Shown here piece by piece: positions 40,666 to 54,907 of a stretch of 64,000 nt of DNA. A program made the position numbers and the translations under genes. Origin of the DNA: Trichoplax adhaerens (taxonomy: Eukaryota > Animalia > Placozoa); contig NW_002060946.1 of assembly GCF_000150275.1 (NCBI RefSeq), positions 6,362,597-6,426,596 of the forward strand, given 5' to 3'. How positions within the stretch are numbered: the stretch's first letter is position 1; the number at the start of each line of letters is the position of its first letter. Below the pieces are notes generated by a model. That model was not told the origin of the DNA, searched no databases, and saw only the letters and a program-made list of their open reading frames with translations.

Positions 40666-42042
40666 TCGCTTGCTCTGCAGTAAGTCATTTAATAAATTAC
40701 CTGTAATTATGATACTTTGCCTATGGTAAGCTTCAATTAGGTGTCATAATCCTATAGAAATTATTTCAAAGCAACACGATCATTTTCCGCTTAATGGCAA
40801 TCGTGTTCACGCAAGGCAATGATGTTTGCTTCCGATGATAATAGTTACTACGTTATCTTTTATAACGAATACCAGCAGTTGGTAAAAAATTTATTTTGCA
40901 GTTTAATCACCGTTTAATCGATGTATAGTGGATTCCCAAATGCAGTATTAAGAATTAATTAAGATAACCTTAGCAGGCATCCTAGTCTGGCTTGCAGACA
41001 AGGATGCAATAATTAAAGACGCTCTGCTTTGGATGACTAATGTACAGTTAGCCATGAATTTTATTTCACTAGTTAATTGGCTTGTTTACAGTAATTAAGC
41101 ACTTTCTATACGATCTTAGCAGGAATCCAAACCCGTATTGATTTCGTTATGCTACTATTGATTATTATTAAAGATGTTTATAGAACGCCTATGTACTTTT
41201 AGTTCGTAGCAGTCCTTACCATGATCAGCTCTATTACTTGCTAATCCATTGCTTACAATTTATGACTTATCTATATGTGCTTTCGGAAAAAAACTGGTAA
41301 ATTAATACTTAACTGTTGTCCATGACTTGATATAATATCATATAGACTACATTCTACTGACTGACCAATTTCACTTTCATTTATATCCATTAATTCTGTA
41401 ACCTATCATAATTAATCACAAATTAAAACTGGTAGCGATATATTAATACCGCAGAAAAAAATTTAAAAATTAGGTTTATCTTCACAGTTGAGATACTTGA
41501 TACACAAGATGATTACTGTTTATCTACCGAAGCAAAGGATAACCAAAATCTATAGTAACTATTTAGCAGTTGGATTCAATCATTTATTGAATCAAGAATA
41601 GTATAAATAGGGATAAATAATTAAACATGAATACTCTACGTAATCCGACTTGAAAGAGCGTATTTAAAATTAGTTATCACAATACACTCTAGCTGATCTT
41701 ATTTGACTTAGCCGTTGCAGTATTGTCTTTTGAAATTGTAGCCATTAAAATCATCCCAATTTGAAGTAATGCAGTAGATCAAACTATTCTGATGAAAAAA
41801 AAAAGTAATTGTCTATTTCATCCATTTTAAGCTAAAAAGTCATTTTTGTAGCAGCTCTGATCGATGAGTAAATTAAAAGTTTGGTTACGATAAACAAATA
41901 TCCTATGCGACTACTACACGAGGCGTTCTAAAATTTTTCTTTACGCGTATACAAACTTCATCACTTATTTCGTCACTAGTTGCAGTTTCTCTGATATCAC
42001 ACGAGATTTGATTCTAATAAATTTATTTTAAAAAACATCAAA

Positions 42043-42264
42043 GCTATCTCGTAAAATAAAATCTGATTCTCAATTTCATTTTCATGCCATGAAAGATTTT
42101 TCTAGCTACATTTTAGCAGTCACTTATAGCGCTTACAATAATTTATAATTCATTGAAGAAAAGGATCATGGCTCTCTCGTAAATATGAAAATCTGTTTCT
42201 TTATTTCAATTTTTATACCATAAAAGATTTTACTAGTAAGAGTTCGCGTCACTTAGAGAGCTTG
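42043..42264 (+). repeat. Diverged direct repeat, period ~130 bp
   Basis: GCT.TCTCGTAAA...AAAATCTG.TTCT...CCAT.AAAGATTTT.CTAG...GTCACTTA.AG.GCTT at ~42043 and ~42172. Confidence 0.75.
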
Positions 42265-42464
42265 TAGTGTATGACAATAAACGCCTAATCCAATATCAAA
42301 TTTCTGTTTGATAAACAAAGTATGGATATGACTGTATGAAAATAGTGTGAAAGTTTTTATATGCGTATACTCACGTAAAGTCTTAGTTATCATTTATAGT
42401 CTTTGGAGCCACCTGCAACAATATGGGAAATTTTATTGTAATGATTCCATTATACAGCAAAGAT

Positions 42465-42679
42465 AATACATATTTGATAAATGAAGAGGACCAATTCTTC
42501 ATATTATTTTGTTTACTGTGCATCTTTTACATTCCAGGTCTAAGCCATCACTTATACCAAATAGTTGTTAGCAATACATATCTAATATTTAAAGAGAACC
42601 AGTTCCTTATTCTATTTTATTACTGTGCACCTTTTACATTCAAGGTCTAAGCCATCAATTATGCCAATTCGTAGTTAGC
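42465..42679 (+). repeat. Tandem duplication, 2 x ~108 bp
   Basis: AATACATAT...AAGAG.ACCA.TTC...TTACTGTGCA.CTTTTACATTC.AGGTCTAAGCCATCA...GTTAGC occurs twice; this explains the repeated peptide in ORF 42423-42650. Confidence 0.9.
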
Positions 42680-45600
42680 TCTACTAATACAGTGTCATGG
42701 GGCTTTTATTTTGCCATGAAGTTCTGTAGCGCATTAAGCCCTTAATAATACAGACAATTTAATTCTCTACTTTACCTGATTTTATATCGTGAAAGATTTT
42801 CCATTCGTGACTTTACTACGGTATCTATCATGTAAACAATATCCTAACCGCACCAAAAATATTAATAACCGATAACTTATACGACACAAATTAAAAATTG
42901 TTTTCCAAAATCAGCCTTGAAGGCAACTATGCAAACAGTATAAAAACAAAACGGAATGATTTAACACATAAGAGTCAAATAAATCATTATCATGCCGTCA
43001 TATCCGCATCAACGAGGTTAATCAATACAGTAACTATCTTTAGTTCAGACAGCCATTGAAAGAATGCAGTTCCAGAAGCAGATAACAGGCTTGAACGAGT
43101 AATATTTTTGTATTCTAAGATTGTTAGAAGTAATCCATAATATTAAGGGCGTTTTAAAGACGATGGAAGGCTTGAATAAAACGTTATATTGATTTCAGAA
43201 CTTTACGAAGTATTTGGAATCATTTTTGATGGTTAGATCGTTTTAGGATTTATAATAGAACAGAAAAAGTTAGAAGTATTTAATTTTGTTAATATGGCCT
43301 TGACAATCTTGATATCCTAATTGAGCTAGCCTTGATGGAATGGATTAGTAATCAAATCAAATAAGTTCCATGTACAGTAAATCAAGTTCAACATACTATA
43401 CTAATGTGGTGCAATAATGCAATAGTCGGTAAAAAAACATCCTGTCCTTCATTACGCAATTAATATAATTTTAACTGTATGGTGGAATTACGTATTAATC
43501 CATACTACAATATGTTTAGCAGATTTCGTATGGGCTTTACAATGTAGTAGATTGTTAATGGATAGAGCATTTATTTTCATAGAGGAAGGAGATAAAGTTG
43601 CTGTAGTAATTTATTGATTCTTTTCGTGATCTTGTATTCTTATCATTGTCTTACTTATGGAATGTTAGAGTTGTCCAATTTAAATTACTGCAAGGTAATA
43701 ATAGGTCAAAGGGAACCTCTGATCAATTATTTAATTCTATTCAGTCATAAAGAATCTAGTCTGTCAAGCCATTCAGTAGCTTGATCTTGATTCTAATATA
43801 TTTCTACTATTATATGGCGCATAAATACATTCATTTAGCGAGAATTTAGATATTCTTCCTCGCATGATATATTGACAACGTAATCGAACTGAATCAAAAT
43901 AACAATGCAATGATAAAGATTCAATTTTAGTCGATTAAATTACGAAAAATAATTTACAGACCGTTGTTATGAAGAGCTCAATGCTGTATAGGTGTTATCA
44001 AGAGAGCTCTAAATCATTGATTACCCTTACCAATAATAACAGCTTCAATTCTAGCAGATCAAATATCAAGAGATGATCGATAGGGGACATGTTTCAAGAG
44101 GTTTCATGTTTGTATGATGTTATTTGAACGCTATGGTTTAATGGAACAACTTTCGTTTTTGTTAATCAAATTGTAAATAAGAAGATGGGGAATTGCTTTT
44201 TAAATGACTGCTATTTTCACTTATTTCGAGTGCTTTAACATGCTTTCTGATATTTAAATTTTTCAGCAGCTACTGATGAATTTCTAATTAAACATCTAAC
44301 ATAATCATATTGGGATAACAATTCCAAGTGTAGCAATAGCGTGATGAGATTATAGAATTTTAATGATTAACTTGATCAACATTCCATTGTAACTAAGTCT
44401 ATCAATTTAGTAGCAAGATTGTCTAAAATTGATAGCTTGCCAGAGACGATGTACAGTGTATTCCATCCTATGGTCAATAAATAAGAATTTGAATGATGAT
44501 TAAATACAATTGGCCTTTATTTTATGTAAGCAAGAGATGAGTCTGTTTCTAAAATTACTTAAGATAGCACATTACAGAGAGAAATTTTAAACCATTGTTA
44601 GAATAAATCGCCATTAATTTTTAATCAGCCGTAAGTTGTTGTTGTAGAGAAAATGCAGCAGAAAAGGCAATGAATTCAATTGCTACTATAGTTTGCATTC
44701 ACATTATATAAGGATATTTTATTTGTGTATGACATTCTGTTAACTTTTCAATTTGAAGAGTTCAAACCCCTCAGTTCCTGTAAAAATGACCGATATTTCA
44801 GCATCTATGATCATGAACGTTTCGTTACGTCTGCTAGCAATAGCGTCGGTCGATCCAGCTCGAAAAAAAAGCGTTTAACTTTTGCAGGAATAACTAATAG
44901 GGAATAGTGAGTGAATGCGAGCTAAATAGCCTTGGAAAATTTTCGACTTGAGATACGTCTAATGGATTCACTCTAGAATTGAATTTCTCAAAATAATGAA
45001 AAATTTAAGACTAGTAACATTTCAGTGCCAATTTTACTTGATTTTAAGAGAGTTTGAATCCTTCGATCTGCATTATATGAATTTTAAGTTATTAACGTTA
45101 AAAAAATATTTAGGCAAGCTGGTAATTCTATTATTACCCATTAATTCACTAACGTTGCAGAGTAGCAAGCAGATATTGTTGAGCAGATAGGCCTACAATA
45201 GCAAGAATCCTACCTGACTTTATATAGCGACAAGTGTCGATTGGGTAGCTATCTTCCTCATACTTTATCGATATTTTCATTAATGTAACTTAAATTTTGA
45301 AAAGAAACTAGAATTAATCAACTATGCAGCTATTATGACATGGTTATTGAAAATAAGCGAATGGATAATAAGGATAATATCTATTCAATAACCTAGTTTA
45401 TTTAACCAAATGCGCTAATGTTAAATGAACAAAGGTCCACTTTAAATCACAGTATCAAGGCGTTCTCTTACAGACTTGCAAAATAATTCATTTTTTGATT
45501 AAATTGGAACGAATAAATTGACTCTATTTCAATCTATCCATTTTCATCGCTACGAACTATCAATTCACTTGAAGCATTTAGACTAAAATGATTATGAAAG

Positions 45601-46063
45601 GATTATAGTCAATGTTATTTACTTCTTTATTATTTCTTTCAGGACAACGTAAGTTCAATAAGGCCAAGACTGATTAACTCCATTTGTAGGATGAAATTTT
45701 TCTTCAGATAATTTTATCAGAATTGAAGCAATTCTCTTCAATTAGAATTGATAAAAAAATCGGTCGAATAACGCGATAGTGAGATACTTTTTTCATCGCC
45801 ATTGGATAAAGGATCAAACACTTACTGCACGAGCAGAATTGAATATTACGTATTTGCTATTATAATTATCATCGTTTACTCAAATTTATTCGTTTTGGTC
45901 ATTTCCAATTAAAGCAGTGATTGCAATCGTATCCACCTAATCGAGGGTGATACTACTAATCCAAACCCTATTTGGCATTCAAGGATTGAAAAAATTCCAG
46001 AAACAAAATTGCTTTCGACAATTCTGTAAAACTTGAAATTACTGTAATAGCATAAAAAGGATT

Positions 46064-46551
46064 TGTAAAGCTAAATTTACACAATTGCAAATCTCATTTA
46101 AACTTGTTCGTTGAAAGATTAAGATATCTATAAATCGAGTTTGTTGAAGGATTAAGATATCAAGAAATCGAGCCTCAAGACTGAAATTACTCAAGATATA
46201 GTTACTACCGTTTAGATCAGCTCCGGCCGCATACAGAAATTTCTTCTACGATAAATACTTGGAAATTATTCTGCATAAAAAGGCTTAATAAAACTAGACT
46301 TACATCATTGCTCATTTCATTTAAACTAGCTTGTTGAAGGATTTAAGACATCAAGAATTTGAGTTTCAAGACTTGAAACTACTCTACATAAATAAGGCTC
46401 TGTAAAACTAAATTTACATCATTGCTCGTATCATTTAAACTCGTTTATTGAAGGGTTTAAGACATCAAGAACTTGACCTTCAAGACTAAAATTACGCAAG
46501 ATAATTATCATTTGGATCAGCTCCGGTCGTAAACAGAAATTTTCTTCTACG
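46064..46551 (+). repeat. Degenerate complex direct repeat upstream of GPCR 1
   Basis: TGTAAA.CTAAATTTACA...CATTTAAACT...TTGAAGG..TAAGA.ATCAAGAA...TCAAGACT...GATCAGCTCCGG.CG.A.ACAGAAATTT.CTTCTACG at ~46064-46250 and ~46401-46551, with a partial copy at ~46290-46390. Confidence 0.88.
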
Positions 46552-46681
46552 CCAATTGGTTTTCATCCATTACTAATATCAATCAGCATTCATTAAATGA
46601 TTCTATAAAAGACATTAACAATTTGCCATACACTTTTAGAGCTATCGTCTACTGTTTCCACTACTGTTTCTACACTGTGCT

Positions 46682-47740
46682 ATGGATGTCTTACAAGAAA
46701 ATGATTCCATCGAAGCTAACGCAACGTATGAATATGATCCAACTATTAACATTGTTTATGCCATTATTGGTAGTACAGCGATCATCGGTAATATTTGGGT
46801 TATTGCATTAAATGTTATCCACCGCGCAATGTTGTATCAAGCACCGAATAAATTTGTTGTCAGCTTAGCTGCTTCGGACGCTATCAGTGGTTTATTAATA
46901 TTTATCATGCCAGGCTATATCTTTCCTGTTGATAGTTATCCATATCCGAACGGTGTTTACTTAGGATCAATATTCTGTAGTTTAATTGATTCTAATGCTT
47001 TATTTTTTGCCTCTGGATTTATCTCGGTCTATACTATTGCTATTATAAGTATGGAAAGATGGTGTGCAGTTTCTCGCCCATTTCTTTATAAGCGATTATT
47101 CACGCAAAATCGAACCCGTTTAATTATTATTTGCATATGGATATTTGTGCCAATTTCAGTTGTCGATGGTGTTTTACAGAAAAAATTCGATGCAAGATTA
47201 TTTCCTCCATGTCAGTGGTTTAGTCTATTTCGGGGTGATATTGTTTCAGCTAATTTGGTTTTTATGGTATTAGAATCTATTCGTGTCTTTCTTCCAGCAC
47301 TTGTTACTATCATTAGCTTTGCTGATGTAGTTCGACGAATGTCGAAAAAGAGCGATGTGAAATTAAATTGCAGTAGCGCTAAACGTGTTAAGGTTCGACG
47401 GCGATTTACAATTATGTTAGGTATTGCTGCTGTGGCATTAATTATATGTTGGTTGCCTAACGAAATTTATTTTTCCTTAGTCCAATTGCGTCTTGCTTTT
47501 TATGAACCAATAGTTCATTCCATTACCAAAACCTTAATTGTGACAAATTGCTGTGTTAATCCGATCATTTATGCGGCCACGAATGTAACTTACCGTCGTG
47601 GCATGATCCAATTAATTAGGCAAATAAGTCGCTGCATAACGGGTAAAAAGACACCAATAGCACCAATCAATTCGATCAGGCCTAGCAGAAGTCCTACCAA
47701 TCTAACCAATGCTAGTGCGTATGATTTAACTAGCCTTTAA
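46682..47740 (+). CDS. Rhodopsin-like (class A) GPCR, single coding exon, 352 aa, orphan
   Basis: Seven hydrophobic segments with GN (TM1), LAASD (TM2), SMERW (DRY equivalent), TM4 W, FLP (TM5), CWLP (TM6), NPIIY (TM7); N-terminal glycosylation sequons NDS and NAT. Confidence 0.95.
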   Translation: MDVLQENDSIEANATYEYDPTINIVYAIIGSTAIIGNIWVIALNVIHRAMLYQAPNKFVVSLAASDAISGLLIFIMPGYIFPVDSYPYPNGVYLGSIFCSLIDSNALFFASGFISVYTIAIISMERWCAVSRPFLYKRLFTQNRTRLIIICIWIFVPISVVDGVLQKKFDARLFPPCQWFSLFRGDIVSANLVFMVLESIRVFLPALVTIISFADVVRRMSKKSDVKLNCSSAKRVKVRRRFTIMLGIAAVALIICWLPNEIYFSLVQLRLAFYEPIVHSITKTLIVTNCCVNPIIYAATNVTYRRGMIQLIRQISRCITGKKTPIAPINSIRPSRSPTNLTNASAYDLTSL

Positions 47741-50700
47741 ATATGGACATTTATTCACTTATTAGCTTAGCAATGATGAATAACTTGTATTCGAATTCAA
47801 CTCTGACTGCTAATATCCGTACGATATTTAGCCCATCAGTTTAATTTACACTTTATATAATTTCTTCCGTTTATTAATTTTATCCTTTCTCCGCTTAAAA
47901 TACATACTCAAGCTAAACGGAATTTACAGTTAATGTTATTCTAAACATGCAGAACTTTCTTTCATAGATTGATGAAACACTATTCTAATCATTCCATGAA
48001 CGTGATTTAATTCAATTAAAAATCCATTGATATGTTTATCAATTCTAAATAATATTTCTAATTACGTTTTATTTCAGTTTTACCTTAGTGTCATAAGTTA
48101 ACAGATTAACAGCATATTATTCATGCTTAAATTGAGTTTAGCAACATTTAATTATTATATATTACCTTCCTCCATAAGCAAGCGTGCGAAACAAAAGTTA
48201 AATTCACCATATGATTGGAGACTGAAGGTTTTAGTTATCCACTCTTTCTCAATATCTTGCCTTACATAGCTATTTTCCCTGATTTCACAAGCTAAAGACC
48301 AATTCTGAAGAGGGATTTGTTGACTATATTGGAATTATTACGGCCTTGATAGGAACCGAACATTGCAAAGGAGAGCGTTGTATCAACTCTGGCACAGGCA
48401 GTAGAGATGATGCAACAACTCGATACGATTTTACCTAATAGCATAAACTCTATCTTGGTTTTATTTATTTATTACCGGTCATTATAATTATCCAAAATAC
48501 TCGTAGTTGGAGGCATATTAATTAGAAACTGAACACTGCTTCCAATACTATATGTACCAGTATGGTGCTCTATTGATAAATTTAAAAATGATCTCAATCG
48601 GTAAAATGATTTTAATCTATCCAGCGGTCGTGTACTGATGTTTTATCTATTAATATCTTAAAAGCGATTCCCTTTGTTTTTATACCTGATAGCAGTTATC
48701 CATGATATTACCGGTGATAAGATTATACCAATTTAACTACGCTTGTTATGTTATGTAGTATGGACGTAACTTGTAATTGCTATTTACAATATAGACAGTT
48801 TTTAACAGATGATAAGATCACGTTTATAATTCACTTCTAGCAATTGCAGCATGAAATAACATTTATGATGTTGATTTATTTTTCCGTCTTATTCCGAGAA
48901 TTCATGATAGCTTTAAAGGAGCTTGTCATTTTTAGATTTACCGATGAATTAAATTGTATTATCAGAGAGGTTAAGATTTTTATATCCTATTCAATGTTTA
49001 GTGGATTATAACCTTTTACAATTTTTGCTGCGGCAAATTAGCAATTTATAGAGCACCCGATAATTGATATAATCTATTCTACAATTATAAATTGACTGTT
49101 GGATAGAATTTGATATTGCGCGTATGCCAATTAATAAAAGAAACAGTAAAACTTGATATCGAAAGTTGGCGATTTTATTGCTGTCTTAAAACTTGAAATA
49201 GATAATGCACCTAAGATAAGGCTATGTCGCGTATCAACTCCAGACTATATCCCTCAAAAGTATACCCTTGATATAATTTACTGTAGGCTGGAGAATAGTC
49301 TGGACTGTTATAGCGGACTACTTGATGTTGTAACTCACCTATATTCAAGCATAAATCTACAAGCTTTAATCATCATAACTTTAAGTACATTACATAACTC
49401 TTCCAATAGTGCTTTGCTAGTCCTTTCCGACAAAGCTTTTTAGGGCTACTAGATATTATAGTTCGCTTTATATACTTTAAACCTTAGTCAAATGATGATC
49501 TTGGAAGAAGAATGGAGATATGCTTAGTAGTAGCTTTAAGCATCAAGGGCATTCGATTTAGTGGATGTATAGCGTTAATATTATGACGGAAGCTGACTAA
49601 GAAACGGCTAGAGGGTATTTTAGATCAGAGGTCCTTAATAAAACATCAAGAATTAGATTGCAATTAGATATTGTAGTTCCCTTTAGTTAAAGGTGTAAAT
49701 CTCAGTCAATTCTAAATATACGTAAGAAAAAATTTACTTATATAGTCAGTTTATACCATAGAGTCTAATTTAAGTTGGAAGGTTATCATGCAACTATTCT
49801 TATTAGTGCATGAATCAACAATACTGACCTTAAAAGCTTGTTAAATGAGCACATTATCGTAAACCGTCAGTAAAGCGACGGGAGTTTGCACTAGTAACTA
49901 TAAAAATAAAGAATTTTCGCAGTATATTTATTAATCAATAAATATTGGTTCGTGGGCTTTTATTTAGCGACATGTATGTACACTATCTGTTTATTTAAGA
50001 ATTCTGATGGAGAAGGCTAGAGAAGGCATAAAGCAACTACAATAGATTAGAGTACTATATCTGCTAAAACTGCCTGGATCAATAACTGCTGGGAAAATTC
50101 AAGATAAACGACATCCTCATATTGCAAATAAGTATGCTAGTTCCCTAATCAATTCTTAATATTGAAAATCAATCGTTTTTGAATGTAAATGGCAACTATT
50201 GTCGGAATAAAGGGCGACAAATATCTCTCTGAATTGAAAAAATTGTCGGCATTCTTAAATTGATTTTGTAGTATTATACTCTTGGTAAACGATGATTATT
50301 TTCGCTCTAGTATAATTTCATTTACACAATGACTATAATTATTAATAGCTATGGCATCGTTGATGAAGAAAAATCATTCCAAGGATGAACTGGCAAAAGA
50401 AGATGTCATAAAATGAGGGTAAAGTCAAATTAATATTAGTTCTTTTGCGACAGATACAACCATGCTGTTATTCTAGATAATTAAAAGAATTTCCATACAT
50501 TGCACTGCCTTGAAGGATTATTAGTACATAATTAAAAAAATTTTCTTTAGCATTATTGTACTCATCCTAATAACAAATGGTGAATCAGGCTTTATTTACA
50601 GACTAGGTAATCATAACTACTATAGTCACATTTAGATTCTTATGCTGTCATCTTAACGGAAGTAAAGATTATTGTCGATGGACAAAATGATTACTGTACT

Positions 50701-53700
50701 TTTGTTCACATGGTAATATGATTATAGAATTTTGTTAAAAGGAACGAGTTAATTTTAGGAGACGTTGAGAATTAGCATAAGATATTGAAACAAATATAAG
50801 CGTCCTTGGTTACTTTTTATTAGCGGCCTGCTAGCTAAATAAAGTCGCAGACAGAAAATTACTTTCGATATTTAGATTTGCCTGCAGGCATTTCACCTAA
50901 ACGGGAGAAAGGAATTCTAGACTTGTTTTTTTAATATTATGAAAAAGTCAATCTACAGTCTGCTGTTCCATCATGATCTTGATTTATAAAATTAATGCAA
51001 TACAATAGGGTATTAATAAGTAATGAGAAAAGGAAAGATACTTGATAGGAAAACAAGAAAAATAAATTCTTCGGTTTATCTTCGGCAAGAGATTCCTTCG
51101 GATAACACTACAGGATGTTAGAATCTTAGAATATTGCTAGAATCAATTTATCTTTATGTTTTCTGTCTTTGTTGAAATAACGATAATACAAGATTTGTTT
51201 ATTTAAGGAAAATAGATGAAATTGCCTCAATAATGCTGGTAAATTCTCGACTTTATAAAAACATGGAATATACTTGCATAAGATATTGTTAAAGCCCGAA
51301 ATGCTCCTATCATGCATATGTGTAACATAATATCAATAAAATTGAAATACAGCAACACTCTCCAATTTACTTCCTCTTTAAATGTGGAATATTCCGTAGC
51401 AAATGATGATTTATTAAGTATTGAAAATGAAATATACCGTCTATTGGCAATTAATAAGAAATAATGTCTATGACTAATTTTCTTTGAAGTTTATTGTGAT
51501 CCCTAAAATAGGACTGTTTATATGATATAAACTAAGGGACTTAAGGATTTGCTAGAGGCATTTCTCTAGAAATTCACACATGTTAAAACTTATGTATTAG
51601 CCCATTTTTGCTATATTAATAATATATCGGCCTACACGACATTATCCTATCATGGCATCGATTTTTAAATCGATAATGTATAGAAGTGTGAGTGTATGTC
51701 AATAATACCCACGCAGAAAATGAGTTTAATGATCAAGAATAAGAAAAATAATGTTTATCTACCGCCTACATTGTCCAAAAAGTAACAGAAACAGAATAAG
51801 ATTTGTGCAACTTTATAAGAAATGTTGAAGGGAAGAACTGGAAAAATTGTAATACAAAATTTGGGGCTCTATTTTAGCAGCTTCACTAAAATTTTATAGC
51901 AGTAAGAGTGGCCCTTTTGATTTAATTTTTATGAATTTTTAAGATAATTGAGAGTGAGATATTCTATACTAGTATTAGGCTTATTCAGAAGAAAAGGACG
52001 ATGAGGCAAATTCAAACAATATCCACCGGATCTTGAAGATGATTATATCAAAGCTTTACGGGAAGATTACGAATCTATAAACATGCCGGAACTGCAAACC
52101 ATTAATTAGGTATGCGAATCATTGGATGATTTAATAGGACTTTCTCATTCTCTATCTTCATTTTTAAATAATGAAATAACATAAATAGATATATCTCTAT
52201 TGTAACAGATTAGATATCTATTCTTTACCATAAAAAAGATTGCCAAATCAAATATTAAGAAACTTGGGTCTTACTAATAAAATATAATTCAATTAGATGA
52301 CGTTTGCCACTGGCTCTCTGTTTGAGATTTTTCAAAGGTTTGATTTATTCATAAGACAGAGTATATTCTATGGTAATAAAAAAATAGAATGATTTACAAT
52401 ACTCAATTGTAGCCTATTTTATAGGCTAATTTAATTATCTAACAAAGCTATTTATAAATGATGAAAGTAATAGCAAGACCTATTGTAAAAGATACGCCTA
52501 TCGTCTACTTACAATTATCTCTATTCATATCTTGATCAAATAAGATAATTTATTTTATTTTTGACATACGAAAAGAATATGATCTATATCAATTACTTGA
52601 CATTAATAGATAAAATAGATCACGCTTTCATTGAAATGATTAAAACCAGGTAAAAGATAGAATCTACTTGATTTTTTTGTATTACTCTCCAGGTGAAAGG
52701 AAGTAAGTCACAGCAAGACCGATTAACAACTCCATTCGTTGGATCCATTTTTTCTCGCCATTTTTATCACAACCGCAGCAACCTTTGCAATTATAATTAA
52801 TCATCTCATAATTTATTAACGTAGAAATTAGAAGAAATTATTAGCTTGAATATTTCTTATAAAACTCTTACGATTTACGAATTTTTAATCGGATTGAATC
52901 GATTTGGCAAATTCGTTACGACGTTCAAAGCATTGGTAAAATAAAAAGGCCAAAAGACCAAGCTTATGAAAGATTAAGAGAAGGAAATTAGTAAAATTTT
53001 TCGATGAAATTACGTTATGCAATCTTAATGTTAATAAACTTAAGTTATTTGTTGACTTTCATCGCTTGTTAAGGCTGGCTTTTAAATCTAAACAAATAAC
53101 TGGATATTGCTGCTGTTCATAAGGACTTTTATATTCGGCGTCTTCCAGTTGAATTCTTAGAGTGGTAAATTTGCACAAATATAAGAGCGGAGCGACAAAT
53201 TACTCGCTAAGATTTTATATATATTGGAAATATAATCTAGCTACAACTGTTAAAATCGAAGTAAAACCAAGATATTGAAGAATCAAAAAATTGTTTTGGG
53301 TTAGCTTATCTTGTAAGACGCAGTATCTTCTTAATTAATCAAATATTTGGATTACTTGCATTGATAATCATTTTCAATTACAAACGAGTACTTGTTCAAG
53401 GCTTGCCCAGGAATCTTTTTTCGCTTGCACGGGCTGATTATAGTAAGTAATTTTGTCAACAAGGAATTTCAATTTCTATCGAGTTTTCAAGGTTGAAATC
53501 AGTCGTATTCAATGAAAACTTTTCTTCTCATTTTGATGCTAATGAAAATACACAGCCACGCTAACGTTCAGTTTTGACATTTTAACTAATGATTTTGGAA
53601 AGAAAGGTTTAGATCAGTTATAACAGGTATTCTCACTTCAAGATTAACTATATACGGCCATTATTTCACAATCATCTAACTCTATAGAGCTCTATAAAAT

Positions 53701-54029
53701 CACAGCTGTGGTCGCTATCAAAAAGTTGTTTCAACTTTTATATCCCGTTTACTTTAGGAATATTGGAAAAGAAATTTGGTTAAGTCATTGTAGACAGACA
53801 GAAACAAACTTTAGCATTATCTAAGCCTAGATTTGCATCTTGTTTGACAATGATTTTGAAGAGACTTGGTAAATAAGAATTTAAATTTTATTCGATATTC
53901 GATATCCCAGCTAAAGCTTATTTCCTTATGTCCATTCGATCTTCAAGAAAACTTAATAGTACTACTGGCATTCATTCACTTCTGACACATTTGATAATTT
54001 TTTCAGAAAAACGTGAGCTAGCCTTGTAT

Positions 54030-54412
54030 TTCAATTTTAGGATAAATCTTACCGGCACTCATCTTCATGATCAAAATCATTCCAGTCTACATGTATTAAA
54101 TAACCCTGATTGATCCTAAAGATAGCTTATTTCAATTGCGGAATGAAATTTACTCAGTAATTCCTCAGGATCAAAATCAAACCAAGCAGCATATAATAAA
54201 TAAATCTGATTGATTTTAAAGGAAGTTCACTTCAGTTTTGGGATGAATTATACTCAGTAATTCTTCGAGATCAAAATCCACCGAAGGTACAATAATATAT
54301 AAATAAATCTGATCGATTAGTTGTCCTTCAGGATCAATATCAGCCAAAACTATATATAATAAATGAATAAAATCTAATCAATAGTAAAGAAACGTTAATT
54401 TCAATTTTGGGA
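54030..54412 (+). repeat. Degenerate tandem array, ~100 bp period, 3-4 units, upstream of GPCR 2
   Basis: GATCAAAATC at 54069, 54169 and 54269 (variant at ~54332), each followed by AAATAA..CTGAT.GAT. Confidence 0.85.
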
Positions 54413-54907
54413 TATATCTATAAGCGAAAATTGATTCATCAGTTTCATATAGAAAGACAGAACTTTGGTCTTATCCAAGCTTGATCTTTCATTGAAAATT
54501 TTTATTTGTTGATTAAGCGGTTTCTACAATAGGGAAATTTAATTTTAAAGTCAAACTCATTCAACCAAACCTTTACTGTTCATCTTGGTCAAAAAGAGAA
54601 TTGATAGCTACACTGATTTCTACTCACTTTTGAAACTTTAAAAGAAAATTGTTATAAAGAAAGATTTAAGTAATAGCCTGTAATTCTCCTTTCAAGATCA
54701 AATAGACACGGTCATAATTGAGAATAATCGAAAGCTAACTTATAATAGCCCTGATTAAATATAAAGAAGGTACGTTAAATTCTGTTTCCCATTTAATTAT
54801 TCGATACGAGAATCGACTCATTAATTTCATACAGAAAGAAAGGCCATTGCTTATTTCCATTTCAAAACCTTTTCCAATAAGTTAGTATTTTCTTTCTATT
54901 AGCCATT

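Noticed and set aside
47520-47575. Lysine in TM7 suggesting an opsin
   Set aside because: The Lys lies 10 residues before the Asn of NPxxY, whereas the retinal-binding Lys of opsins lies 6 before; that position is Val in both receptors.
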